From an uncultured Actinomycetota bacterium (GTDB lineage Bacteria > Actinomycetota > Acidimicrobiia > Acidimicrobiales > Bog-793), in NCBI GenBank assembly GCA_963754255.1, contig CAVWEW010000008.1, positions 462,757 to 526,756 on the forward strand: a DNA stretch of 64,000 nucleotides. The letters are read 5' to 3'. Shown here piece after piece: positions 40,939-49,341 of this stretch. The notes under the pieces are model-generated. The model did no database searches, was not told the origin of the DNA, and saw only the letters and a list, made by a program, of their open reading frames with translations. The position numbers and the translations under genes are program-made. Within the stretch, counting starts at the first letter, position 1. Each line of letters opens with the position of its first letter.

Positions 40939-41639
40939 GCCCGGCGGAGTGGCTCGAGGTCCTGAACGCCGGAGAGGTGACGATCTCGGGGCGGCTGCCG
41001 TGGAGCTCGAACTACTCGTTTCTCACCCGGGTGAGCCTCGAGGGTCTATCGGTCAATGCGGTCTACAAGCCCGGCAAGGGCGAGCGGCACCTCTGGGACT
41101 TCGGGGGGGACCTTTTCCGCCGCGAGATCGCCGCCTATGAGCTCTCCAGCTCTCTCGATCTCGACCTTGTGCCCGAGACGGTCCTCCGCCTCGACGCCCC
41201 GCTCGGGGAGGGCTCGCTGCAGCGCTTTGTCGACGCCGACTTCTCCCAGCACTACTTCAGCCTCTTCGAAGAGGGTGGCCACGAGGAGCGGTTGCGCGAG
41301 CTGGCGGGGTTCGACCTGCTCGCCAACAACGCCGACCGCAAGAGCGGCCATGTGCTCATCGACCGCCACGGGGCCATCTGGGGGATCGACAACGGCCTCT
41401 GCTTCCATTCCGAGCCGAAGCTGCGGACGGTCATTTGGGAGTTCGCCGGCGACCGCATCCCGCAGAGGATCGTCGAGGCGTGCCAAGTCGTGGCGGATGG
41501 ACCTTTGGAGCGGCTGAGCCCCCACATCTCGGCCGAAGAGCGCCGGGCGCTCCGCACCCGCGCCCAGAGATTGTTGAGGGCTCCCCGGTTCCCGAAGCCG
41601 GCCGACGACTATCGCGCCTACCCCTGGCCGCTCGTCTAG
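40899..41639 (+). CDS. SCO1664-family (PI3/PI4-kinase-like fold) protein
   Basis: ORF 40866..41639; the start is GTG 40899 or ATG 40866. It carries SSNYSFLTRV, AVYKPGKGERHLWDF, REIAAYELS, NNADRKSGHVL and IDNGLCFH. Confidence 0.7.
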   Translation: MPEDEREPASPPLSPAEWLEVLNAGEVTISGRLPWSSNYSFLTRVSLEGLSVNAVYKPGKGERHLWDFGGDLFRREIAAYELSSSLDLDLVPETVLRLDAPLGEGSLQRFVDADFSQHYFSLFEEGGHEERLRELAGFDLLANNADRKSGHVLIDRHGAIWGIDNGLCFHSEPKLRTVIWEFAGDRIPQRIVEACQVVADGPLERLSPHISAEERRALRTRAQRLLRAPRFPKPADDYRAYPWPLV

Positions 41640-41787
41640 GGGTGTCGTGGCTCCGGGCTGAGAGCGGCCCTCGCGGTCAAAGACTGTGGATGGTGAGCGT
41701 TAGGTGATCCGGTAAGACAGCCTGGCAGCGTCTTTCTCTGTGCCACCTTTTCTTCCTCACGTGCCCGGCGTCCCCGAGGCTCAGCTG

Positions 41788-42132
41788 ATGTCCTTTCCCG
41801 CCACAGTCGCTCTTTCCGGCACCGATGTCTCCTCCATGATCGCCGCGCTCGACCAGCTGTCCCCTGAGGCGGCCACCTGGCCGCCCGGCACGGCGAATGG
41901 GTTTCGTGCGGCCGTCACTGAGCTCCGCACGACGCTCTCGTCTCGTGCCGGTTCCGATGCTGCCGATGGCGGCGCCATGCTCGAGTGCCCGAAGGAGCAG
42001 GCACTCGACATCGCCTGCCTGCTCCTCGATGCGGCCACAGGCCTGCAGAGGGCCGGCTGTCATCTGGCAGCGTTTGCTCTCGAGGGAGTCGAGGGGCGGC
42101 TGCTCGAGGCGCTCGTGACCGGGGCCGCGTGA
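41788..42132 (+). CDS. hypothetical protein
   Basis: This is the part of ORF 41740..42132 from ATG 41788 (MSFPATVALSG...). It is Ala/Leu-rich and helical, and I recognise no family. The call rests only on ORF length and GC-rich third positions. Confidence 0.35.
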   Translation: MSFPATVALSGTDVSSMIAALDQLSPEAATWPPGTANGFRAAVTELRTTLSSRAGSDAADGGAMLECPKEQALDIACLLLDAATGLQRAGCHLAAFALEGVEGRLLEALVTGAA

Positions 42133-42150
42133 GCCACGGGCGACGTCAGC

Positions 42151-43230
42151 TCAGGCGTCGTGTTCCTGGGCACCTATCCGGCTGATGGGACGGCGCTCGC
42201 TGTCGGGCACGTCCGGGGAGTCGGGAGGGCGCGGCCCGCTGTGGTTAGCCGCTGCCTTCCCGGAGCGCTTGGCGTCGTAGAGGGCGTCGTCCGCCTCGGC
42301 CAGGAGCACGGCGACGTCATTGGTGCCTGACGAGACGTAGCTGGCCACCCCCCAGCTGAACGCCGGCGGACGGAACTTCTCCACCCTGCTCATGACCGTG
42401 ACGGCATCGTCGGTGGAGGTGTCGGGAAGCAGTAGTACGAACTCGTCGCCGCCGAGGCGGTAGACGGAGTCGAGAGAGCGCAGGGCCCGCCGGAGAGTCT
42501 CGACCACCTGCAGGAGCACCCGGTCGCCGGCTGCGTGGCCCTGCGAGTCGTTGATCACCTTCAGCCCGTCGATGTCGACGGCAATGACGCACAGGTCGAG
42601 CTCGGCCCGAGCACACCGGGCCAGCTCGCGCTCGATGTCGCGCTCGAACGCCCGCCGGTTCGAGCATCCGGTCAGTGGATCGGTGAACGCGGCCACCTGC
42701 AGCTCGTCGGTGGCGGCACGAGTGGCCACGAGCAGTGCCCGGTCCACGAGCCGCCCGAGACGCTCGCCTTCGGACTCCATGGTCGTGAGGTGCCGGAGCA
42801 GGAGGAGTTGCTCCACCGCGAGAGCCGGCGAGGCCAGCCTTGCTCCCCAGCGGGCTGCCGCCGAGTCGAGAGCCTGTCGGCGAGCCCCGATGGTTGTGGC
42901 AGGTCGAGGCACTGGCGCCGGGCGGGCGCGTGACGAGAGGGTGTCCCGGATCCGGGTGACGGCGTCAGACGTGGCGGCTGCCTCGATGGCGAGGAGGAGG
43001 CCGAAGCGTTCCTTGTCGTCCTCCGGGCCGACGTCGCAGCCTGTCGCCTGACAGCGACCCACCCAGGCCTCCTTGAGGGCGCGGATCGCCTCCAGGTCCT
43101 CCGGTGACCGGTCGTCCATCGGATCGTTGGCGCCGCCGGCGGCGCGGCCGACGTCTCGCTTGGTCGTGGCGCCTTCGGGCACCTCCTCATGGGCGTACTT
43201 CGTGTCGTCACGGCCAGTGGCAGGCTTCAT
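42151..43230 (-). CDS. GGDEF-domain diguanylate cyclase (cytoplasmic, unassigned N-terminal sensor region)
   Basis: ORF 42151..43422. The GGDEF domain reads DPLTGCSNRRAFE...IAVDIDGLKVINDSQGHAAGD...RLGGDEFVLLL...ADDALYDAKRSG. I moved the start to ATG 43230 because a 29-nt repeat upstream would be read in two different frames. Confidence 0.85.
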   Translation of the reverse strand: MKPATGRDDTKYAHEEVPEGATTKRDVGRAAGGANDPMDDRSPEDLEAIRALKEAWVGRCQATGCDVGPEDDKERFGLLLAIEAAATSDAVTRIRDTLSSRARPAPVPRPATTIGARRQALDSAAARWGARLASPALAVEQLLLLRHLTTMESEGERLGRLVDRALLVATRAATDELQVAAFTDPLTGCSNRRAFERDIERELARCARAELDLCVIAVDIDGLKVINDSQGHAAGDRVLLQVVETLRRALRSLDSVYRLGGDEFVLLLPDTSTDDAVTVMSRVEKFRPPAFSWGVASYVSSGTNDVAVLLAEADDALYDAKRSGKAAANHSGPRPPDSPDVPDSERRPISRIGAQEHDA

Positions 43231-43242
43231 GGCGGCCCGGCG

Positions 43243-43377
43243 GGCGTCAACTCCGCTCTCGGTCCCGCTCGCCCCGCCGGCGTCACCCGCCCCGCCGGCG
43301 TCAGCTCCGGCCTCGCGCCGCCGCGCCACCGGCGTCCCCGGCCCCGCCGGCGTCAACTCCGCTCTCGGTCCCGCTCG
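43243..43377. repeat. 29-nt direct repeat (GGCGTCAACTCCGCTCTCGGTCCCGCTCG) at 43243-43271 and 43349-43377, with three shorter CCGGCGTC(A) copies between
   Basis: Found by direct reading of the sequence. It lies immediately upstream of the GGDEF gene start. Confidence 0.8.
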
Positions 43378-43607
43378 TGTCCTTAGCATCGGCGTGGCCT
43401 GACACCGGCTGCATGGGGCCACCGGGACCGTCGGCGATCTCGCCCGCCTCGGGGATATGCGTGTTCACTTCTTGGTCGTGCGAACGGGTCCTGTCGACGT
43501 GGTCACAGTATCATTGGCCTGTTCGCCGTGAACGGCCGGGCGAGACGGCGCAGTGGCTTGCTGAGCGGCGTCTGGACAGGCACCTGGCGACCGTCCAGTA
43601 CTTGACG

Positions 43608-43652
43608 ACACCGCCCTCTGCACACCGCCCTCTGCACACCGCCCTCTGCACC
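43608..43652. repeat. 14-bp tandem repeat ACACCGCCCTCTGC, 3.2 copies
   Basis: There are three perfect copies at 43608-43621, 43622-43635 and 43636-43649, plus a partial copy. It lies in the 714-bp intergenic region between the GGDEF gene and the first pilin. Confidence 0.9.
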
Positions 43653-43944
43653 TTCTCGCCGCAGGTGCCGCCCGCGCAGATCTGCCCGGTGGTGGTCTAC
43701 GCGCTCACGGACTGCGCGGATCGAAGAGACAAGAGAGATGTCGCCTCTTGACGAGAACCCGGGGTTCTCCCGTGCGGGGTCGAGGTCCTGGCCGCCGCTA
43801 CTCCGGTTCGAGGGAGGCGGCACCGGCTTCACCCGTTGCATGCTCGATCCTGACGGTTACGCAGATTTCTGCTCAAGAAGCGAACCGATCGGTCCGATGA
43901 CTTGTGCAGTGGCAATTTGTGTCCACTCTTAGGAGGATATTTAC

Positions 43945-44529
43945 ATGTCATTCGTCGACCGGTACCGGCAGCGGTGCCAGAACGACGGCGCGGAGTGCGA
44001 TGAGGGCTTCACCTTGATCGAGCTTCTCGTCGTGCTGCTGATCATCGGCATCCTGCTTGCGATCGCGATCCCGACCTTCCTCGGTGTGACGAAGGGCGCC
44101 AACAACACCGCGGCACAGTCGAACCTGCAGACTGCGCTCACCGGCGCCAAGGCGTTCTACACCAACAACAACCAGAGCTACGGAGTCACGGGCGGCGCTC
44201 TCGTTACAGGAGAGCAGGGCGTTGGCACCGGGTTGACTTACCAGGTCGGTGCGTCGACAGGTAACAACAGCATCAGCGTCGATACTACAACGGACGGCAC
44301 CGGTGCGATCCTTACAAACTACTCACCTGGGACGACGGATTGCTGGGGAATACTTGACCTGACGGCCACTCAGAGTGCGATCATGGGCCAGACAGCAGTC
44401 GGCACCTATTTCTGGTTCCAAAAGAACGCTACTCCCACGACGTGTAACGCTGCGACTGACCTTGCAATCACTACCGCCTTCAGCGCCTCTGCCGGGGCGA
44501 TACAATCGACCGGGTTCCCGGCCGGCTGA
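43945..44529 (+). CDS. pilA: type IV prepilin (major-pilin candidate 1)
   Basis: 194-aa ORF with an AGGAGG RBS. It has a 21-aa leader ending in Gly followed by FTLIELLVVLLIIGILLAIAIP (class III signal, Glu at +5). A C-terminal Cys pair (TTDCWG...PTTCNA) suggests a disulfide-bonded D-region. Confidence 0.9.
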   Translation: MSFVDRYRQRCQNDGAECDEGFTLIELLVVLLIIGILLAIAIPTFLGVTKGANNTAAQSNLQTALTGAKAFYTNNNQSYGVTGGALVTGEQGVGTGLTYQVGASTGNNSISVDTTTDGTGAILTNYSPGTTDCWGILDLTATQSAIMGQTAVGTYFWFQKNATPTTCNAATDLAITTAFSASAGAIQSTGFPAG

Positions 44530-44569
44530 TCCTGACAGCAACTCAGGCAGTCGAGGATTGCATCAGGAT

Positions 44570-44613
44570 CCCCCGAGCCACTGAATACGGTGGCTCGGGG
44601 GATTTGTCTTTTG
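44570..44613 (+). terminator. Rho-independent terminator downstream of pilin 1
   Basis: It has a perfect 12-bp GC-rich stem (CCCCCGAGCCAC / GTGGCTCGGGGG), an 8-nt loop, and then ATTTGTCTTTTG. Confidence 0.8.
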
Positions 44614-44716
44614 AGCGCCCCGCGCCTTGTAGTCCTCGACACCGGAAACGAAGGCCGTGACTGTCCGTCTGAAGAACTCCACCAAGCAATCTGTCAACCC
44701 TTAGGAGGGTATTTAC

Positions 44717-45301
44717 ATGTCATTCGTCGACCGGTACCTGCAGCGGTGCCCGAACGACGGAGCGGAGTGCGATGAGGGCTTCACCTTGATCGAGCTTCTC
44801 GTCGTGCTGCTGATCATCGGCATCCTGCTTGCGATCGCGATCCCGACCTTCCTCGGTGTGACGAAGGGTGCCAACAACACTGGGGCACAGTCGAACCTGA
44901 AGACTGCGCTCACCGGCGCCAAGGCGTATTACACCAACAACAACCAGACCTACGGAACCAGTGCCCAGCTGGTTACCGGAGAACAGAGTGTCGGCACCAA
45001 CTTGACCTACCAGACGGCGGTGTCGACTGGCAGCGGCATCATCAGCGTCGGTTCTACGACTGACACAACCGGTGCGCTCCTGACAAACTACTCGCCCGGT
45101 ACGACGGAGTGCTGGGGAATCCTCGACCTGACGGTAACCCAGACCACGGCGATCCTCGGTCAGACAGCAGTCGGCACCTACTTCTGGGTGCAGAAGTCCG
45201 CTACTGCCGCGACGTGTGTCGCCGCGACTGACCTCGCGCAGACTGCCGCCTTCACCGGCGCTGCCGGGACGGTGCAATCGACCGTGTTCCCAGCCGGCTG
45301 A
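44717..45301 (+). CDS. pilA: type IV prepilin (paralog 2, tandem duplicate)
   Basis: 194-aa ORF located 772 bp after paralog 1, with the same RBS and leader. The first ~250 nt show only about a dozen mismatches to paralog 1 by eye. The C-terminal two thirds have diverged but keep the Cys pair (TTECWG...AATCVA). Confidence 0.9.
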   Translation: MSFVDRYLQRCPNDGAECDEGFTLIELLVVLLIIGILLAIAIPTFLGVTKGANNTGAQSNLKTALTGAKAYYTNNNQTYGTSAQLVTGEQSVGTNLTYQTAVSTGSGIISVGSTTDTTGALLTNYSPGTTECWGILDLTVTQTTAILGQTAVGTYFWVQKSATAATCVAATDLAQTAAFTGAAGTVQSTVFPAG

Positions 45302-45406
45302 CCACCGACAGCAAGTCAGGCGGAGAAACTGTCAATACCTGTGGATGGTGGTTCGTGTCCGCCTCGCCTGATCGGTAACTGAACACCTCCTTCGGTCTTC
45401 ATCGTC

Positions 45407-46189
45407 TCAGCTGATGTGCGAAGAGGGTGGGGCGAGCAGGCTGAGCCGAGCGATGCCGTCTTGCATGATGCGGCGGGTGAGAAGGGCGCGCGACAGCCGG
45501 CGGGATTTGCCTACGGTGACCGGGCGGCCGTCACGTCGGGCGCGGATCTCCTGGATCAGGGAGACGGGGACCCCGAAGCCGGTCAGGCGGCTGATCGCCT
45601 CGCTCTTGGTGATGAGGTCACCGTCGGTCAGCAACGTCGCGGCGCGGGGCAGGACGACCAGTCCGTGGTCGACCCAGGAATCGTGCAGCCATGGCCTGTG
45701 CTTGCGGGACAGCCGATGCCAGTAGCCGGTGATCTCGCCGTGCACCGCAGCCTGGAGATCGGCGACCGGGACCGCTCTGAGGCCGGGCGGCGGCCAGGGG
45801 CCATGCAGCGCGACCCCGGCCGCCGCCAGCTCGACCTGGGTGAGCAGCTTCATCTGCCACTGAGTCATCCGGTCTCCGAACCAGTAAGTGCACAGGCGCT
45901 CGCAATCGGCCGCGGCATCTACCCAGACGTACAGGCAGTGCAGCTGCCCGGCAGGGCCGCCCTTGGCCGCCAGGTCTATGTGCAGCTCCGTCAGATCCTG
46001 GATCACCGCCTTGTCCGGTTCATGCCGCACAAGGACGACCACGTCGATGTCGCTGGCCGCGGGACTGTAGTCGCCGGAGGCCAGCGAACCGTAGACATAG
46101 ACCCCGATGACGTCTTCGCGCGCGGCGAGCCGGTCCCGCAGCCGCCCCAACAACCCGGCTACCTCCGCGGGAAACTGCGCCGAAGGCAT
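45407..46189 (-). CDS. AadA-like nucleotidyltransferase (ANT(3'')/DUF4111-type architecture)
   Basis: This is the part of ORF 45407..46582 from ATG 46189 (MPSAQFPAEVAGLLGRL). It has the NTase motif VYGSLASGDYSPAASDIDVVVLV about 33 aa from the start, as in AadA. The C-terminal helical domain contains ...GDLITKSEAISRL......IQEIRARRDG. The ~260 aa length matches AadA-type enzymes. Confidence 0.7.
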   Translation of the reverse strand: MPSAQFPAEVAGLLGRLRDRLAAREDVIGVYVYGSLASGDYSPAASDIDVVVLVRHEPDKAVIQDLTELHIDLAAKGGPAGQLHCLYVWVDAAADCERLCTYWFGDRMTQWQMKLLTQVELAAAGVALHGPWPPPGLRAVPVADLQAAVHGEITGYWHRLSRKHRPWLHDSWVDHGLVVLPRAATLLTDGDLITKSEAISRLTGFGVPVSLIQEIRARRDGRPVTVGKSRRLSRALLTRRIMQDGIARLSLLAPPSSHIS

Positions 46190-46224
46190 GCCGTCATTCT
46201 GGGCTATCAGGCGGTCCATCTCGG

Positions 46225-46407
46225 CGCGCGCGACGAGCAAGCCGTGCTCCAAGGTGGCGCCGGCCCGAACCAGTGCGACGAGGTGGGCAGCGTCACCGCC
46301 GGCTGATGGCTCTCGGCAGCGCGGATCAGCTTGTAGGCCATCGCCAGCCCCCGTTGCTCCATCGTCTCCGGGAGGCGAACCTTCAGAGCTCTGCTGAAGG
46401 GACCTCT
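46225..46407 (-). pseudogene. 3' fragment of an IS256-family (Mutator-type) transposase gene
   Basis: Reverse-strand translation directly after the pilO stop gives ..FSRALKVRLPETMEQRGLAMAYKLIRAAESH. After one frame change it gives ..AAHLVALVRAGATLEHGLLVARAE. From memory this matches the conserved C-terminal ..GLAMAFKLIE.A...WR.VN.PHLVALVRAGA.FE.G.LVE block of actinobacterial IS256 transposases. Only about 55 codons are present. Confidence 0.6.
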
Positions 46408-47013
46408 TTACGACCTGGCGAAGAAGTAAGCCGTGCCGGTGAGGCTCATCGTATACGGCAGGGTGTCGCGGGCGAGCACATTCGTCTGGGCCGCTCCTGA
46501 GGCAGCTATGGAAGCGGGCACCACACCGCTTATCGTTATGAGGCGGGGCAGCTTGTAGACGTCCGCCAGGAATGTCAGGCAACTCTGATGGGCCCCTTTG
46601 AGGGTGATCGTGATCGGGATTGAACTGACCATTTGCCCCTTTACCGGGGGTGCAGTGGTGTCGTCGGTGAGCGACTGGATGGACACGCCCGTGGCCTTCG
46701 AGAGGTTGTAGAGCAGTGTCGTCAACGGGCCGGCCTCGGCGGCGGGCGGTACCGCCGCAGAGAAGACTGCCAGGTCTTTCAGGTCACGCTTGAGCAGCAC
46801 GGAATGAGCCTTGTCTGTCAAGAGTTGATCCTGCAGAATCTGCAAGCGAGTCGTGAGGGTCTGCTCCTGCCGGTTGATGGTGGTGAGCTTGGCGCTCTCG
46901 GGCGACATCCAGCCCATGTACCACACTGCCAACAGCAGGACCACGACGACGATCGAGATCAGGATGGGAGGCCTCTTCAAGCCCTCGAGCCTGAGGGACG
47001 TTAGGCGCTTCAT
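46408..47013 (-). CDS. pilO: type IV pilus assembly protein PilO
   Basis: 201-aa ORF with an ATGA overlap with the pilMN stop. It has an N-terminal TM helix (ILISIVVVVLLLAVWYM), a coiled-coil segment, then the core-domain pattern (..LTTLLYNLSKATGVSIQSL...IPITITLKG....L.FL..VYKLPRLITI). Confidence 0.75.
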   Translation of the reverse strand: MKRLTSLRLEGLKRPPILISIVVVVLLLAVWYMGWMSPESAKLTTINRQEQTLTTRLQILQDQLLTDKAHSVLLKRDLKDLAVFSAAVPPAAEAGPLTTLLYNLSKATGVSIQSLTDDTTAPPVKGQMVSSIPITITLKGAHQSCLTFLADVYKLPRLITISGVVPASIAASGAAQTNVLARDTLPYTMSLTGTAYFFARS

Positions 47014-49341
47014 TTGATGACCTCGAATTCCTTGAGCCGCGAAGATCCGATAGTGCCGAGGACGCTGACCACGGCGGAGTACGTGATCTCACCACCTGTC
47101 CCGGTCACGAAGGCCGACCACGACGTAACCTGCAACTTCTGCGACTTTACGAGCTTGTTGACCCAAATCTGGAAGTAGGGCAGGTTCCTCGGTGTGTAAA
47201 TGGTGAGGGCGAGTGACCCGATCTGCTGATCCTGCAGCGGGACCACAGCAGGGGCTTGTGCGGCCGTCGTCGTGGCCCCCGCAGCCGGCGCGGCGGGCGC
47301 GGCAGCGGCGGTTACTGGTGGAGTGGCGGCTCCCGAGAACCCCGTCACGATGCCACCGGCAGGCGTGTTGCGGGCCAGCACGCTGAGCACGAGGGGCCAG
47401 TTGACCTCGTGGGTGACCAACGGCGACAGTTCAGCCTGTTGGCTCACAATCTGGTTGTAATCCTTTGCGACGAGGTCATATTTCGAGATGCGCACCTGCG
47501 TCGCAGTTATCTGCGTCCGCACTTGACCGACGGCGTTCTCGGCGGTGTGAACCGTCAGGTACTTCATGAGCCCGAGGCCGACCAGGGCCACGACGATGAG
47601 CATCGCCGCCGTGACCACTATGCGGTCGGTACGGGCAGCCTTACGGTGCTTCACGATCTCGGGCGGGAGGAGGTCGAGCGGCTTGACGCCGGCGGGCTCG
47701 GGAAGTGCAAGTCCCAAGACGACAGAGACGAGAGCCTCCCGCCGCATGGTCTCCTCGTCGGACAGGTCGAGCTCGGTGCAGTCGACGCGCGAGAGGGCGT
47801 CGCCGGGGATGACCTCTGCCCGCAGATTGTTCTGCAAGCGCTCGAGGAGCCCGTTCAAGCGCGAGCCGCCACCGGTGAGCGTGACCCGCCTGATCTCTGC
47901 CCGGCCGGGCAGCGTCGAGTAGTACTCGATGGAGCTGCGAATCTCACCCACGAGCGGAGTCGAGGCGTCCTCGGCCGCCGCGATGGCGGCCCGGATCTTC
48001 GGCCCCGGTTGGTCCAGGTTCCGCTTCATGCTCTCGGCATCGTCGATCGGCAGGTCGATTGCGCCGGCGATGGCCGCCGTGACCGCGTCACCGCCTTGGG
48101 CGATGGTGCGGACGAAGTGCGGCACCCCGCCCTCGTGGACGATCACGGTGGTGAGCCCGGCCCCGATTGCCACGATGGCTTCCGGAACCGCATCGGTGAC
48201 AGCGTCGTCCCCGGAGAGGTTGCACAACGAGCGAATCATCGCCGTCGAGGTGAGGTCGATGCTGACGGCGGTCAGGCCCGCGCCCTCTACCGCCTCGAGC
48301 AGCGGCTCGACCAGATCGCGATGGACGGCCGCCAAAAGGACCCTGCGCATCCGCGACCCGTCTGGCCCCGTCAGGTCTTCGAGTGGACGCGCGGCGACGA
48401 CCGTCTTTTCCGTTGGGAAGGGGATGACGTCGAGAGCCTGGAGCCGGACGGCAGAGTCGAGCTCGGCGTCGGACACATACGGCATGTCGAGCTCTCGTGT
48501 TATCGCTCTCAGCCCGGCGACACCGAGATGGACATTCTTGATGTTGAAGTCGCCCTCTTTGATGCACCGCTCGATCGCCACCGTGACGGCGGGGACATCG
48601 ACGATCCCGCCGTCGACGACCGCGTGGGACGGCAGGCGCACCTGGCCCAGCTTGACGACCCTGGCCTTCCCACCACTGCCGGTGACCACCTCTGCGATGC
48701 GGACAGCGCTGTTGCTGATCTCGAGCCCGACGCGCCTCGAAGTTCTTGTTGCCGCCACCCAGGAGATTCCAGCCTTTCCTAGAGGAGACGTCTTCAGCGT
48801 GCTCAGTCGTTGACTGCTCAGGCTCAGCACCCGCTCCAGCTGGGCCTTTGCGCCGGCGGCCGCTCCCGCGGCTGGAGCAGCCGCTGGGGCCGTGCCCGGC
48901 GCCGATGTGCCGGCCCGCGGTTTTAACTGCAGCCAGTCCGGCCGCGTCCTGCCGACCGGCTTGTCTCGTGAATCACCTGGCAGCGATGGCGCAGCGGTAG
49001 GCACCGAGCCAGCAGGCGGGCTTTGATGTCGCAGCTTCGGCTTCATCCACTCCGGCCACGTTCGGCCGAGTGGGGCACGGGCCGGCTCGCCTGGGAGACC
49101 CTGATCAACGGCGACCGGTACAACCCGATGATCAACGGCGACCGCGACGTCGCTGTGACCATCGGCGACCGCGACGTCGCTGTGACCATCGGCAACCGCT
49201 AGGTCGCTGTGACCGTCGGCAACGGACGTCGCTGTGACCATCGGCAACCGGTACGTCGCTGTGACCATCGGCGACCGGTACGTCACGGACCGGTGGGCTC
49301 GGGCGTCGTAATCTCGGCTTCATCCATTCCGGCACGCTCAT
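47010..49341 (-). CDS. pilM: PilM-PilN fusion protein with N-terminal 9-aa tandem repeats; apparent frame change inside the repeat array
   Basis: ATG 49341 overlaps the pilC stop (ATGA) and gives MSVPEWMKPRLRRPSPPVRDVPVADGHSDVPVADGHSDV. ORF 47010..49286 continues the ADGHSD repeats. It then has an actin-like PilM domain (LEISNSAVRIAEV...ITRELDMPYVSDAELDSAVRLQA...TGGGSRLNGL) and a PilN part (LDLLPPEIVKHRKAARTDRIVVTAAMLIVVALVGL...). The length is 2332 nt. Confidence 0.8.
49103..49286. repeat. 27-bp tandem repeat array (seven units; the fifth is 25 bp)
   Basis: The units start at 49103, 49130, 49157, 49184, 49211 (25 bp), 49236 and 49263. The consensus is GACCATCGGCGACCGSKACGTCGCTGT. It encodes V(P/A)VADGHSD on the reverse strand. 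Confidence 0.9.

Noticed and set aside
43503-43841. A 112-aa minus-strand ORF inside the large intergenic region.
   Set aside because: It has Arg-rich low-complexity composition, no RBS-like sequence and no motifs, and it spans the 14-bp tandem repeat. I treat it as non-coding.
43880-43944. A possible sigma-54 promoter (TGGCA...) upstream of pilin 1.
   Set aside because: TGGCAATTTGTGTCC lacks a correctly spaced GC at -12. No enhancer-binding protein is present in the window, and Actinobacteria generally lack RpoN.
45407-46189. The nucleotidyltransferase might have been a CD-NTase, or the MNT half of an MNT-HEPN toxin-antitoxin pair.
   Set aside because: Its length (~260 aa), the NTase motif position and the helical C-domain match the AadA/DUF4111 layout. 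No HEPN partner ORF is adjacent.
47256-48782. A 508-aa plus-strand ORF.
   Set aside because: It is antisense to the pilM-pilN gene and its composition is Arg/Gly/Asp-rich. It is a shadow ORF.
49103-49286. The tandem repeats here (and at 43608-43652) might have been a CRISPR array.
   Set aside because: The units are directly adjacent with no unique spacers. The units (27 bp and 14 bp) lie inside a coding 5' end and a promoter region respectively. There are no cas genes in the window.
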